Part shown: piece by piece, positions 9,321 through 19,900 of the stretch
Layout: each line of letters starts with the position of its first letter
How positions within the stretch are numbered: position 1 is the stretch's first letter
Assembly (NCBI GenBank): GCA_964585685.1
Contig: CAZPEP010000044.1
Span: 5,458 to 69,457 of the forward strand
Origin: an uncultured Eubacteriales bacterium
GTDB lineage: Bacteria; Acidobacteriota; Aminicenantia; Aminicenantales; Saccharicenantaceae
Length of the DNA stretch: 64,000 nt
Direction of reading: 5' to 3'
The notes under the pieces: generated by a model
Seen by the model: only the letters and a program-made list of their open reading frames with translations
Database searches by the model: none
Told to the model about the DNA's origin: nothing
Position numbers and translations under genes: made by a program

Positions 9321-10469
9321 TTGTTTGAAACCATGAAATCCCCTCGCCTTCGACTCATCTTCCTCACGGCCTGCATCGGGCTATGCCTTTTCTTCGTCCT
9401 TGAGAGGAGTTTCCTTCCCGGCGTCCCGCAGAGGCCGTCCTTCAGGGGATTCGACCTGCTGGGCTCCGTTGCGCGTCTCGTCAAGAACGACTACCTCGAA
9501 GAGAGGGACCCGGCCCGGACGTTGGAGGGGGCTTGCCGGGGCCTCATCGATTCCCTTGACCCCGTCTCGAGCTATTTCGGCCGCGACGCCACGGCCAAGT
9601 ATCTCCGGCGGGATTCCCGCTGGGCCGATATCGGCGTCGTGCTCTTCAAGCGGTCCCACGGGCTGTTCCCTCAGGTCGCGGGGCTGGTGGAGGGCTCTCC
9701 AGCCGAAAAAGCCGGGGTCCGGCTCGACGATACCATCAGCGCCATGGACGGCCGGGGCACGCTCGACATGAGTTCCCTGGAAGCCAATCTCCACCTCAAG
9801 GATCTCGAACAGAAGCCGGTCGCCCTCAAGGTTGTCCGGGACGACAAGACCCTGGAGATCACGGTCCCGCGGGCCGTGATCTTCCCCGAGCCCTTCGCGT
9901 ACGCGGCGGAGGGCGCCTTCGCCGTCCTCGAGATCCACGGCCTTTACGCCCCATGCGTCGACGACATCGGGACCAAGGTCGTGCCGCTCCTTAAGGCCAG
10001 AAAGGCCCCTTATGTCCTTGACCTTAGGAACTGTTCCGAGGGCGAGATCGAGGAAGCGCAAAAGCTCCTTAACGTTTTCGTTCAATCGCCGAAGATCGGC
10101 GACTTCGAGAAGAAGGGCGGGATCAAAGAACCTGTCGCCTGCGCAGCCGCCCCCGACCTGGACCGGCTTCCCGTCGCTGTATGGGTCAACGGTGCAACGA
10201 TGGGGCCGGCCGAGCTCGTGGCGGCCGTCCTGCAGGAGACCCGGAAGGTCAGGGTCATCGGCGCCGCGACGCCGGGGCTCGTCTCGAGGCAGGAGCTGTT
10301 CCCTCTCGAGGACGACAGTTCCGTCCTCGTCACGTCGGGTGTTTTCACCCTCGCTTCGGGAAAGAAGCTCTGGGAGGAAGGCGTGACGCCGGACGACCGT
10401 CTCGACGCAGGAGACCAGGGCACCGCCGCCTACGTCAAGAGGACCTCGGCCCTCCTTCCCAAACGCTGA
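9321..10469 (+). CDS. S41 C-terminal processing (tail-specific) peptidase with PDZ domain
   Basis: N-terminal TM/signal segment. PDZ-like GLVEGSPAEKAGVRLDDTISAMDG. Peptidase S41 core downstream. Gene order envC-like / ctp / yibQ is a common envelope module. Confidence 0.75.
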   Translation: MFETMKSPRLRLIFLTACIGLCLFFVLERSFLPGVPQRPSFRGFDLLGSVARLVKNDYLEERDPARTLEGACRGLIDSLDPVSSYFGRDATAKYLRRDSRWADIGVVLFKRSHGLFPQVAGLVEGSPAEKAGVRLDDTISAMDGRGTLDMSSLEANLHLKDLEQKPVALKVVRDDKTLEITVPRAVIFPEPFAYAAEGAFAVLEIHGLYAPCVDDIGTKVVPLLKARKAPYVLDLRNCSEGEIEEAQKLLNVFVQSPKIGDFEKKGGIKEPVACAAAPDLDRLPVAVWVNGATMGPAELVAAVLQETRKVRVIGAATPGLVSRQELFPLEDDSSVLVTSGVFTLASGKKLWEEGVTPDDRLDAGDQGTAAYVKRTSALLPKR

Positions 10470-10472
10470 CCC

Positions 10473-11453
10473 ATGAGAAAGCGGCTCCTGCCGAAAGTGT
10501 TCTCCCATTGGCCTATCACCACGCTTGCCGCATGGGTTCTTTGCGGGCTGGCGGTCTCCGCGACGCTTATCCTCGACCATAGGAACTGGACGAGGGGCGA
10601 GAGGTCCTATGTTTTCACCGGGAGCCGCGAAAAGAAGGCCCCGGCGGCACGGCCGAAGGCCGCCCCTCTCCCCCCGATCCCCGAAAAGGCGAAACCGGAG
10701 AAGGCTCCCGAGCCAAAGGTCTCCGTGGTTCCGAAGGCGATCGCGCCCGTCAAGGAACCGCCCGCGGTCAAATCTTCCGCCCCAGCGGGCAAGGTCGCTC
10801 TGGTCGTAGATGACATGGGGAACAGCCTGGAAGCGCTGGATGAGCTCGTAGGCCTCGGCGAGCCCGTTACCGTCGCCGTCCTCCCCTACAGCCCCCATGC
10901 TCTAGAGACCGCCCGTAGGGCCCACGAGAAAGGCCTCGAGGTTCTCCTCCACCTCCCCCTGGAATCCCTGAACGGGAATGGCTCCGAAGCCGGCACGGAG
11001 GGTCTGATCCGTTCCGAGATGGGCGACGAAGAGATCCGGTCGCTCATGGCCGAGGAACTCGACCGGGTCCCGTACGTCCGGGGCGTTAACAACCACATGG
11101 GGTCCAAGGTCACGGCCGACACGGCGATGATGCGGACGATCCTGGAGCCACTCAGGGAACGGGGCCTCTTCTTCCTCGATAGCCGGACGAGCGGGAAATC
11201 CGTCGCTTATGATGTGGCCGTGGACATGGGCATGCCGGCGGTTTCCCGCCAGGTTTTCCTCGACGCCGACGGCGACGCCGGCCTGATCCGGGAGCGCCTG
11301 CTCGAGCTCTTCCGGATTGCCCGGAGGGACGGCCGGGCCGTCGGCATCTGCCATCCTTTCAAGGAGACCCTGCGGACACTCCGGGACAACTTCGGCCTGC
11401 TCCGGAGCTACCGGCTCGAAGCCGTCTTCGCGTCCGAGATGGCCCACCGTTAG
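10473..11453 (+). CDS. Divergent polysaccharide deacetylase (YibQ family)
   Basis: N-terminal TM helix, Pro/Lys-rich linker, then YibQ-type domain (VVDDMGNS ... HLPLE ... NNHMGSKVT). Confidence 0.7.
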   Translation: MRKRLLPKVFSHWPITTLAAWVLCGLAVSATLILDHRNWTRGERSYVFTGSREKKAPAARPKAAPLPPIPEKAKPEKAPEPKVSVVPKAIAPVKEPPAVKSSAPAGKVALVVDDMGNSLEALDELVGLGEPVTVAVLPYSPHALETARRAHEKGLEVLLHLPLESLNGNGSEAGTEGLIRSEMGDEEIRSLMAEELDRVPYVRGVNNHMGSKVTADTAMMRTILEPLRERGLFFLDSRTSGKSVAYDVAVDMGMPAVSRQVFLDADGDAGLIRERLLELFRIARRDGRAVGICHPFKETLRTLRDNFGLLRSYRLEAVFASEMAHR

Positions 11454-11528
11454 CCCGGGACGGACGCGCCCGGCTTGAATTCGTCCCCTCCATCCATTAT
11501 ATTAAACCTGACCGACAGGAGGCTTCCC

Positions 11529-12080
11529 ATGAAAAAGACCGCGAGCGTATGCCTGATGATGGCGAGCGTCCTCGCCGCCCTCTTCATGTATTCCTGCAGG
11601 TCCGTCCCGACCGAGGAGCTGAAAGCGTCCATCCTGGTGACGGACGTCGAGACCCAATGGGTCTCCAAATATTATCAGCCATGGCCTCCCCGGCTCATCC
11701 TCGTCCCCGTCGTATCCTTCCGGGTCAAGAACATCGGCACCTCGCCCCTCCAACACGTCAATTTCAACGCCATCTTCAAGTTCAAAGGGGACCCCGAGAA
11801 CTTGGGAGACAACTTCCTGGCCGCCATCCGCAACAAGGCCGTAAACCCGGGCGAAACGAGCGAGATCATCACCCTGAAGAGCAACTTCGGGGTCGAGGGT
11901 AAGACCGTCGCCTCCTTCAAGAACAACGTCCAGTGGAAGCCGACCGAGGTCAAGATCTTTGCCCGTTCGAGGGGGTCCCAGTTCACCCTCCTCGGTGAAT
12001 GGGACATTTCTCGGACGATCGATTTCGTCGAGCCTGCCCCCGTCGACGTCAAGAAAGGAAAACTGGGCCAGCCCGAATAA
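11529..12080 (+). CDS. Putative lipoprotein, function unknown
   Basis: Strong RBS aggagg before ATG at 11529. Signal peptide ending in a lipobox-like FMYSC. The ORF-track start at 11475 is over-extended. Confidence 0.5.
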   Translation: MKKTASVCLMMASVLAALFMYSCRSVPTEELKASILVTDVETQWVSKYYQPWPPRLILVPVVSFRVKNIGTSPLQHVNFNAIFKFKGDPENLGDNFLAAIRNKAVNPGETSEIITLKSNFGVEGKTVASFKNNVQWKPTEVKIFARSRGSQFTLLGEWDISRTIDFVEPAPVDVKKGKLGQPE

Positions 12081-12206
12081 ACGTGATCCTGCCCGCCAAG
12101 ATCTTCCTGACGCGGGGAAACGGACGACATAAGGAGAAGTTTGTCAGTTTCGAGATCGCACTGAGGGAAGCGGGGGCAATCCCCTCAACCGCCCTGGTCA
12201 CCTGAC

Positions 12207-13178
12207 CTACAGGTCCAGGGGGTTCGGCTTCAAGATCTTGATGTAGCTCTTCTCCTTGAGAGTCTTGAGGTAATCCTCGAGCTTCTTCTGCTTTTTCTCG
12301 GAGTAGAGCTTCTCCTCGACTTCCTTCTTGACCTCTTCGAACGTCCTTAGCCGGCTGTCCTTCTTCTCCTCCAGCTTGAGGATGTACCAGCCGTTTTTCG
12401 TCTGTACCCAGTCGCTCGTCTCACCCGCTTTGAGCTTGGCCGCCGATTGTTCGAGGGCCTTGTCCAATTCGCCCTTCCGGAACCGGCCGAGGTCCCCTTC
12501 GGCCTCCTTCGCCGGGCCGTCCGAGTATTCTTTGGCCAGCGCGTTGAAGGGCTCCCCGGCCTTGACCTTGCCGGAGATGAGCTTCCGCGCCTCTTCCAGG
12601 GCCTCCGGGGCCTTCCCCTCCGTGGAGAGGTAGATCGCGCGGACATGGTATTCCTCGGGCTCCGTAAACTCCTCGGGATGGAGCTTGTAATAGCCGACGA
12701 TCTCCGAATCATCAAGGACGATCGTCCGGTCCACCTCGGAATAGATGGTGGCCTGCCTCAGCATGTTGTCCTCGAGCTGTTTAACCCACTGGGCATAATC
12801 CAGCCCCTGCTGCTGGAGGCCCCTCTTCAGGTCGTCGTCGGACTCGATGTTGTTCTCCTTCTTGATGTTGTCGACGGCCATCTTGACCTGATCAGAGACG
12901 TTAAGGTTCTTCTCCTTGGCCTGCTGCATGAGGAGCAGGTCGGTGATCATCATGTTCAGCATTTCGTTCTTCAGCATCTGGTACTGCTTCTCGTACTCCT
13001 CCCCCTGAAGGGCGGACCGGAGCTGCTGGACGGTAGCATCGAACTGTTCCTTGTACTGGCTCAGGGTGATGACGTCATCGTTGACGACGGCGACGATCTC
13101 TTCGACGACCTGCCCGACGGCAGGCGCCAGGAAAACGGCGAGCCCTAAGAGGGCGAAGACGGGAATTTTTTTTCTCAT
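12207..13178 (-). CDS. SurA-like periplasmic chaperone / parvulin-type peptidyl-prolyl isomerase
   Basis: Signal peptide. SurA_N-like region. Parvulin rotamase domain (HVRAIYL ... GDLGRFRKGEL ... GWYILKLEE). Confidence 0.75.
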   Translation of the reverse strand: MRKKIPVFALLGLAVFLAPAVGQVVEEIVAVVNDDVITLSQYKEQFDATVQQLRSALQGEEYEKQYQMLKNEMLNMMITDLLLMQQAKEKNLNVSDQVKMAVDNIKKENNIESDDDLKRGLQQQGLDYAQWVKQLEDNMLRQATIYSEVDRTIVLDDSEIVGYYKLHPEEFTEPEEYHVRAIYLSTEGKAPEALEEARKLISGKVKAGEPFNALAKEYSDGPAKEAEGDLGRFRKGELDKALEQSAAKLKAGETSDWVQTKNGWYILKLEEKKDSRLRTFEEVKKEVEEKLYSEKKQKKLEDYLKTLKEKSYIKILKPNPLDL

Positions 13179-14155
13179 GGGAGGTTCCTTTGATAAGCGA
13201 AGGGTAATCTGTCGGGGTGCGAGCTCCAGGCGAGGGTCCTCTTGAGCTCTTCCAGGTGCGCGGCCAAGGCGTCTTTGACCTTGCCGGCCAGGACCTTGAG
13301 ACGGATGGCCGGGACCGCTTCCGCTTCCGGGAGGAGTTGGGGCGGGAACTTCCGGTCCACCCGGAATATATGGTAGCCGTAGGAGGATTCGACAACGGGA
13401 CTGAGGCGACCTTCCTCGAGCGGAAACACGACCTTCTCCATCTCGAAGGGTAGGTTCCCCGCCTTGAAGACCCCCATGGCGCCCCCCTTGAAGGCTTCAG
13501 GGCCGATCGATTCCTCCCGGGCGATCTTTCGGAACTCCTCTTCGGAAGCGTTCCTGAGCCTGCGGAGGACCTCCACAGCTTCATTTTCGGTCTCGAGGAG
13601 GATCTGGCTCACCCGGACCCGCTCGGAGACCAGGAAGTCCCTTTTATTCTCCTCGTAGAAAGCATGGACCTCGTCGTCCCGGACGCTGAGGCTGGCGAGG
13701 AATCGGCCGGAATATTTTTCGATAAGGGGCCTGTCAAACAGGTGCGGATCTCCCTCCGTCATGGTACCAGTTTCTCCGGGCGGGGCCTCGCCGGAAAGCT
13801 TCGCCAGATAGGTCTTCTCCTCTTCGGACGTCAGTGTCACGCCCTGCCCGCGGGCCGCCGCGAGGAGGAGCTTTTCCTCGACGAATCTGTCGTAAAGGCG
13901 GCTCAGCGAGACGGGCGAGAGCTCGCCCTTCCCGGCGTTGTCCCGGACATACCGGTCCAGGTCCGAATTGCGGAATTCCGTCCCTTCGACCTCTAGGATG
14001 ACCGTCTCCGCGGCCTTCGCGCCTCCGGAGGCCGAAGCTCTTCCGGCCTTCCCCCGGTCCCCGCAGGCGGCAGCGCAGGCGAAGCCGAGGATCGCCACGA
14101 GGGCGGCCGGCGGGAAGGTTCTGGAAAACGGGGCTCTCATCTTTTTTATATTCAA
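13175..14155 (-). CDS. Parvulin-type peptidyl-prolyl isomerase (PrsA/SurA-like), second copy
   Basis: Lipoprotein-like N-terminus (LGFACAAAC). Parvulin domain (VRVSQILL ... GGAMGVFKAGNL ... YGYHIFRVD). Translationally coupled to the upstream SurA-like gene. Confidence 0.7.
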   Translation of the reverse strand: MNIKKMRAPFSRTFPPAALVAILGFACAAACGDRGKAGRASASGGAKAAETVILEVEGTEFRNSDLDRYVRDNAGKGELSPVSLSRLYDRFVEEKLLLAAARGQGVTLTSEEEKTYLAKLSGEAPPGETGTMTEGDPHLFDRPLIEKYSGRFLASLSVRDDEVHAFYEENKRDFLVSERVRVSQILLETENEAVEVLRRLRNASEEEFRKIAREESIGPEAFKGGAMGVFKAGNLPFEMEKVVFPLEEGRLSPVVESSYGYHIFRVDRKFPPQLLPEAEAVPAIRLKVLAGKVKDALAAHLEELKRTLAWSSHPDRLPFAYQRNLP

Positions 14156-17100
14156 TTCATTGTAGTATAACCGGTCAACTCCTTCAAGATGCCGATGGTT
14201 GCCTCCAGGAAATCTGCGTCCGCCGCCGCGCCGAGGGTCAGCGCCATGACTCCCTGCGGGGTCATCGACCCGCGGTGCTTCTTGAGGAGGGCCGGGACGC
14301 GGGCGAGGTCCACGCCAGTGGTCGGCTCGAACTTGAAGACGAGTCTGTCCCCCGCCCGGTCCAACGATTCGATCCTGAGCCGGACTGCCAAGAACTTGAT
14401 CGCGCCGTAGCGCATAAGGTTCCCGACGCTCGCCGGGAGGTCCCCAAACCTGTCCCGGATCTCGCCTCGGATCCGATCGATCTCGCCCAGGTCCTCGATG
14501 GAGGACAGCCGCTTGTATAGGTTGAGCCTGAGGTTCACCTGCGGCAGGTAGTCCTCGGGCACCCGAATATCGGCCTTGAGGTTGATCTCCGTCTTGACCT
14601 CCTCGACCACCTCCCCTTTCTGTTCGCGGATGGCCTGGTCGAGCAGATGCATGAAATATTCGTAGCCGACCGCCTCGATGGTCCCGCTCTGCCGGTGGCC
14701 GAGGAGGTTGCCGGCGCCGCGGATCTCGAGGTCCTTAGCTGCCAGCCGGAACCCGGAACCCAGCTCGGAGAACTCCTTAAGGGCCTTAAGCCGCTCCCGG
14801 GCGAGCGGCGTGAGCTCCGTCAGCGGGGGCACGAGGAAATATGCGGTGGCCTGGCGGGAGGAGCGGCCCACCCGACCGCGCAATTGATAGAGCTGGGCCA
14901 GCCCAAAGAGGTCGGCCCGGTCGACGATCAGGGTATTGACCAGGGGGATGTCAATGCCGTTCTCGATGATCGTCGTGGAGACGAGGACGTTGTATTCGCG
15001 GGCGATGAAAGCCATCATCCGCTTCTCGAGTGCGGCGCCGGACATTTGGCCGTGAATCGTGACGACCCGGGCCTGCGGGACCAGTTTTTCCACGAGGCGG
15101 GCCACCCGGTCGATGTCCTCGATGCGGTTGTGGACGTAAAAGACCTGTCCCCCACGGTTGAGTTCCTGGCGGACGGCCGAAGCCACGAGCTTGGCATTCC
15201 ACGGGGTCACGACGGTGTGGACGGACAACCGGTCCCGGGGCGGCGTCTCGATCAGGCTGATGTCCCTGAGCCCGGTCAGGGACATGTTGAGGGTCCGGGG
15301 GATCGGCGTTGCCGTTAGGGTCAAGACGTCGATGTTCGCCCTGAGGCCCTTGATCCTCTCCTTGTGACTGACGCCGAACCTCTGCTCTTCGTCGACGATG
15401 AGGAGCCCGAGGTCCTTGAAAACGACATCCTTGGAAAGGATCCGATGCGTCCCGACGAGGATGTCGACGAACCCTTTTCCGACGTCCCCGAGGACGGCCT
15501 TCTGCTCGATTCGGGATTGGAGCCGGGTCAGCCCCTCGACGCTCACCGGGAAGAGAACCATCCGGGCCTTGAACGTCTTGAGGTGCTGGCTCGCCAGGAC
15601 CGTGGTCGGGCAAAGGACGGCCACCTGTTTCCCGTCCATGACGGCCTTGAAGGCGGCGCGCATCGCAACCTCGGTCTTCCCATAGCCGACATCGCCGCAG
15701 AGCAGGCGATCCATGGGAGTTTCCGACTCCATGTCCTTTATGATCTCGCGAATGGACTTAAGCTGGTCCTCCGTCTCCTCGTGCTCGAAGATCTTTTCGA
15801 ACTCCGTCCCCCACAGACCCTCGGGGCTGAAGGATATGCCCCGGACCGACTTCCTCAGGGCGTAGAGCTCGAGGAGCTCCCGGGCGATAGCTTCGACGGC
15901 CTTTCTGGTCCGGGCCTTGGTCTTCTGCCACGTGATCGTCCCCAGCTTGTCGAGGGGGGGCGCGGCGTCGCCGGCCTTGGAAAATTTCTGGACGAGGTTC
16001 AGGTCCTCGACCGGGACAAGCAGCTTGTCGCCGTCGCGGTAGAGGAGCTCGATGAACTCCCGGGACCTTCCGTCGACCTCGACCCGCCGCAGGCCGTGGA
16101 AGATGCCGACGCCGTAATCCGTATGAACGACGAGGTCGCCGCTTTCGAGGTCCTGGAACTGGGAGAAGAAAGGCTTCCGGGAAGCACGATGGACGAGGAC
16201 CTTCTCCTCGGTGAAGATGTCCCGCTCGGCAAAGATGATGACCTTGGCCCGCGGATAAGCGAACCCTTCGCCCAGGCCGCCGAGGAGGAGGCTGATCTCA
16301 CCGCTCTTCGGAACGGCGAGGGGATCGGAGGATTCGATCGCCTGGATGCCGCTTTCCTCGAGCAGGGTGGCCAGCCTCTGCCGGGTGCCCTGGTTGGAGA
16401 GATAGACATAACAAAGCTCCCGTTCCCACTGGAGCTTCTTGAGGTATTCCAGGAAGAACCCGATCTTGTTTTCGAACTTTGGGACCGGCTGGAAGGCAAA
16501 CGAGACCGTCTTCCGATCCGGCTCGGCGACCAGTTCCTGGATGACGAGGGCGTCCCGGGAAACGGCCTTCCAGAGGGAGGGCGGGTAGATCGTCCCGGGC
16601 GGGAGGGCGAAGGTCCTGCTTCCCGCCAGTTCGCCGTGATGGCTCACGAGTTCCTCCCTGGCCTTTACCCATTCCCGCTCGATCTCGTCCCGGTCGTCGA
16701 GGATGAAAACGGAGTCCCCGAGATACCGGGTGAACGGGACGAACCGATCCGCGGCGAGGAGGGACAGATAGACGAACGAGGGGAGGTATTCGCCGCCCTC
16801 AAGGAAGCGAATCTTCTCCTCGAGGTCCGCCCGGGCCTCCCCGCCGGCCTTGCGGGCGAGCCGGACCCAGTCCTCAAGGAACTCGGGCGTGCCGGGGAAC
16901 TCCCGGAGGGAGGGCACGAGAGCCCGGTCCAGGCGGCGGAGCGAGCGTTGGGTACCCGTATCGAATTCTCTGAGCGAGGCCACTGTGTCGGCGGCGAACT
17001 CGATCCGGACGGGATTCGCCTGCCAGGGCGGAAAGACGTCCACGATACCGCCGCGCCAGGCGTATTCTCCGGGCGAAGCGATGATGTCCTCACGCGAATA

Positions 17101-17589
17101 CCCGTATTCGGCGAAGGTTCGGAGGAGGATATCTCGGTCGGCATTTTCCCCGACCTCAAGCTTCATGAACGAGCGCTCAAGCTCCTCCGGGCAAGGGATG
17201 GGCTTCAAGAGCCCGAACGGGTTCGTCAGGACCAGCGAAGGCTTCCCGGGCCGGGCCTCGTGCAGGAATCGCATCCTCGAGGATACCGCCTCGAGGGAAG
17301 GGGGGATCTCCAGGTACGGGTCGTCGGAGAGCGCCGGAAGGACGCCCGTCCCGAGCGTCGAGCGGAATTGGCCCAGGAAGAACCGGCATTCCTTTTCGAG
17401 GGGAGAGAGGTCCCGGGAAGGAGGGCGGACGCATACCATCCTCCTCCCGAGCTTCAGGGCGAGACAGGCCAGGAGATAGGGTTTGGCGGCGTCCGTGATG
17501 CCGGCGATCCGGAGCCCCTTGTCTCCGCTCAGGACGGACTCGAGGATCTCCTTGAATTCCGGCGTATCGAAGAGAAAACCCAGACTCAC
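14152..17589 (-). CDS. mfd: Transcription-repair coupling factor Mfd
   Basis: 1145 aa. UvrB-homology N-terminus. RNAP-interacting domain. DEAD/DEAH superfamily 2 helicase motifs (GDVGYGKTEVAMRAAF, DEEQRFGV). TRG motif region. Confidence 0.95.
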   Translation of the reverse strand: MSLGFLFDTPEFKEILESVLSGDKGLRIAGITDAAKPYLLACLALKLGRRMVCVRPPSRDLSPLEKECRFFLGQFRSTLGTGVLPALSDDPYLEIPPSLEAVSSRMRFLHEARPGKPSLVLTNPFGLLKPIPCPEELERSFMKLEVGENADRDILLRTFAEYGYSREDIIASPGEYAWRGGIVDVFPPWQANPVRIEFAADTVASLREFDTGTQRSLRRLDRALVPSLREFPGTPEFLEDWVRLARKAGGEARADLEEKIRFLEGGEYLPSFVYLSLLAADRFVPFTRYLGDSVFILDDRDEIEREWVKAREELVSHHGELAGSRTFALPPGTIYPPSLWKAVSRDALVIQELVAEPDRKTVSFAFQPVPKFENKIGFFLEYLKKLQWERELCYVYLSNQGTRQRLATLLEESGIQAIESSDPLAVPKSGEISLLLGGLGEGFAYPRAKVIIFAERDIFTEEKVLVHRASRKPFFSQFQDLESGDLVVHTDYGVGIFHGLRRVEVDGRSREFIELLYRDGDKLLVPVEDLNLVQKFSKAGDAAPPLDKLGTITWQKTKARTRKAVEAIARELLELYALRKSVRGISFSPEGLWGTEFEKIFEHEETEDQLKSIREIIKDMESETPMDRLLCGDVGYGKTEVAMRAAFKAVMDGKQVAVLCPTTVLASQHLKTFKARMVLFPVSVEGLTRLQSRIEQKAVLGDVGKGFVDILVGTHRILSKDVVFKDLGLLIVDEEQRFGVSHKERIKGLRANIDVLTLTATPIPRTLNMSLTGLRDISLIETPPRDRLSVHTVVTPWNAKLVASAVRQELNRGGQVFYVHNRIEDIDRVARLVEKLVPQARVVTIHGQMSGAALEKRMMAFIAREYNVLVSTTIIENGIDIPLVNTLIVDRADLFGLAQLYQLRGRVGRSSRQATAYFLVPPLTELTPLARERLKALKEFSELGSGFRLAAKDLEIRGAGNLLGHRQSGTIEAVGYEYFMHLLDQAIREQKGEVVEEVKTEINLKADIRVPEDYLPQVNLRLNLYKRLSSIEDLGEIDRIRGEIRDRFGDLPASVGNLMRYGAIKFLAVRLRIESLDRAGDRLVFKFEPTTGVDLARVPALLKKHRGSMTPQGVMALTLGAAADADFLEATIGILKELTGYTTMN

Positions 17590-17632
17590 CCGGACATTCT
17601 AGACCATTCGTCCGATTCCGTCCATTTTCCCC

Positions 17633-19789
17633 CTAGATCCTCAGCCAGTAGGAGAACTTGAGATAGATGCTGTAGTTCTTCCGGTCGTACCGGCGGAAGA
17701 TGTTCCGGTCATAGTTGCTGTCGAATCCCGCGTAGATCAGCGTCCCAGGCCCGACGACGTAGCTCGCCAGGACGCTGCCGAAGATCTGCTTGTAAAAGAG
17801 ATTGTAGTCAAGGATGGCCCTGAAGGCGAGCTTCTTCGAGGCCTGGCAGGTCGTCCGTAGCCGGACGACGTTGTAGTCCCAGAGCCGGTCCCCTCCCCAT
17901 TTCCTCCAGAAGGTCTCCTTGCTGAAGTCCGTACCCACCTGGATCCGCTTGCTCGGCTTGAAATTCAGGGAGATCCCGTACCGGTTGCTGTAGCCGAGGA
18001 AGGGGTCCTCCGGGTCGTAGTTGACGGCGTTTCCCGTCATGAAGAAGAAACTGAAAGGGAGCCGGCGGATAATGCTGAACTGGGACTGAACCTCGAGGGT
18101 GGTCTTGTTGAACGCGACGCCCGCGAATCGTTCCAAGCTCGAGATCAGGACGGCCTCCAACTGGTTGAACTCCGTGAAGCGGAAGGAGATCCGGGACCTG
18201 AACCAACGGTCCTGGACCGTATCGGAGAAATAGGCCTCCCTCTGCCCCGCCTCGAGGTTCAGGTTGACGCGGTTGAGGAACCGCTTATCCGGATAGAGCG
18301 TGAAGAACACGTAGGCGCCAGCCGACCGGTAATCGACGCGGTTGACGAAGCCCGAGGAGGCTTCGAAGTCCGGATGGAGGGACTTCCAATAGGCCCCGCC
18401 TCCCCAATATTTCGAGAAGTAGTAGGCATCCGCGTAGAGGGCGGGGGCGAAGGTCGTCTCCTGGCCATCGTCCCGGCTCTTCGACCCCACGGCCTGGAAC
18501 GTGAAGAACCACTTGTCATTGAAACGGAACTGGCCGTCGAAGCCGGCGACCCTGTTCCAAGAACCGTCGATCTCCTTGTCGGCCAAGGAAAAGCCCAGGT
18601 AGGATTCCTTGAAGACGTCGGTCTTCAACCGGACGATATTGAACAGGGCCTTGTCGTCCTTCGCGGCGCTCCCGCCGTCGTGGACGTCCCAGAGGCTCTC
18701 GGAAGGATGCCGGTCGTAGGCCGAAAGGAGGGCGTAGGCGATCCGTCCTGTCTTCCCTGAGAGCTTAACCCCCCAAGCCGGGTCGATGATCCGGCGTGTG
18801 TAGACCATCTCGATCTCGGGAAACTGGAACAACTCCATCCCTTCGAGGAAGAAGGGCCTCTTTTCCTGGTACCGGAGGGCGTACCTCAGGTTGACGTCGA
18901 TCTGGGGGGCGTCGGCTTCGATATGGCTGAAGTCCGGATTGGCGGTGAGGTCCAAGGTCATGTCGGAGTTGATCCCGTACTTGAGGTTAACGCCCGGCTC
19001 GAGATCGGGCTTTTCGCCCTCCCTCTTCAGGGCGGTCAGGATGGGCATGATCTCCAGGTTCTTCCCCTTCTCGACCTTTCCCCGGACTAGGAATTGCCCG
19101 CCCTGCGAGAGGAGCCCCGGGATATCCCTCGAGACGGTCGGCCAGATGATGATCTCTCCCGTCCGGGGGAGGTTCCGGCCGAGGACGATGTTCCATAACT
19201 TGTCCTCGCTATCCGGGAAACGGAAGCTCTTGAAGGGGATGGCGGCTTCGATCGTATAGCCCAGCTCGTCGATCCGCCCGTCGGACGCGAAGACCGTGTC
19301 CCAACTGTCGTCGATGTTATCGTTGCCGCCGCCCTCGGTCCGCATGCCGTCCATCTGGATCCCGACCGGGTTCAGGATGAACGTGAACGCGCGGCGCTTC
19401 TCGTTGAACGTGTCGAGGAACAGGACGATCCAGTCATCGTCAATGATGTTATCGCGGTTGGTGATAGAACAGCGGATCTTTCCGGGCTGTACATCGAAGC
19501 AACGGAACGCGATGTAAAGGTTCTTCGCGTCGTGGCCCAGGTAGGCGATCGTCCGTTCGGTCGGTATCCCGTTCTCCTTGGGCGTGAGCTGGACGAAGTT
19601 CTCGATCTTAAGCGCCCCGGCTTCCCAGAGGGGTTCGTCCAGGACACCATCGATCTTCGGGGTCATCGTAAGCCTGGGGATCTCGAGGCGTTCCCCGGTC
19701 CCGGCGAAAGCGGCCACGGACGCCATCGACGCCAAGAGTCCGATGCCCGTCACCGAAAAAAGCCTTCGTATCGAACCTGATATGGTCAT
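17633..19789 (-). CDS. DUF5916 / CBM9-like domain outer-membrane protein
   Basis: 718 aa. Signal peptide. N-terminal carbohydrate-binding-family-9-like region (PKIDGVLDEPLWEAG). Long beta-rich C-terminal part ending in an aromatic residue pattern (YWLRI) typical of OM beta-barrels. Confidence 0.6.
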   Translation of the reverse strand: MTISGSIRRLFSVTGIGLLASMASVAAFAGTGERLEIPRLTMTPKIDGVLDEPLWEAGALKIENFVQLTPKENGIPTERTIAYLGHDAKNLYIAFRCFDVQPGKIRCSITNRDNIIDDDWIVLFLDTFNEKRRAFTFILNPVGIQMDGMRTEGGGNDNIDDSWDTVFASDGRIDELGYTIEAAIPFKSFRFPDSEDKLWNIVLGRNLPRTGEIIIWPTVSRDIPGLLSQGGQFLVRGKVEKGKNLEIMPILTALKREGEKPDLEPGVNLKYGINSDMTLDLTANPDFSHIEADAPQIDVNLRYALRYQEKRPFFLEGMELFQFPEIEMVYTRRIIDPAWGVKLSGKTGRIAYALLSAYDRHPSESLWDVHDGGSAAKDDKALFNIVRLKTDVFKESYLGFSLADKEIDGSWNRVAGFDGQFRFNDKWFFTFQAVGSKSRDDGQETTFAPALYADAYYFSKYWGGGAYWKSLHPDFEASSGFVNRVDYRSAGAYVFFTLYPDKRFLNRVNLNLEAGQREAYFSDTVQDRWFRSRISFRFTEFNQLEAVLISSLERFAGVAFNKTTLEVQSQFSIIRRLPFSFFFMTGNAVNYDPEDPFLGYSNRYGISLNFKPSKRIQVGTDFSKETFWRKWGGDRLWDYNVVRLRTTCQASKKLAFRAILDYNLFYKQIFGSVLASYVVGPGTLIYAGFDSNYDRNIFRRYDRKNYSIYLKFSYWLRI

Positions 19790-19900
19790 GCGTGCAGTTT
19801 CTTTCCCAACGTGTTAACGAAAAGCCGGCCCAAAAGGTTCGAGGGGAACACCCGGAATCTCAAGACGCGGCGCCGGAGACGGCGCGGACCGAATTTTGGA

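Noticed and set aside
9381-10898. Long antisense or alternate-frame ORFs (for example 9381..10898 -, 15364..17661 +, 8208..9200 -, 55456..57267 -, 41889..43091 -, 51960..53018 -)
   Set aside because: These are typical shadow ORFs of a high-GC genome. Their translations are Arg/Gly/Pro/Asp-rich and low-complexity. They lie opposite genes with clear conserved motifs and lack RBS or start context.
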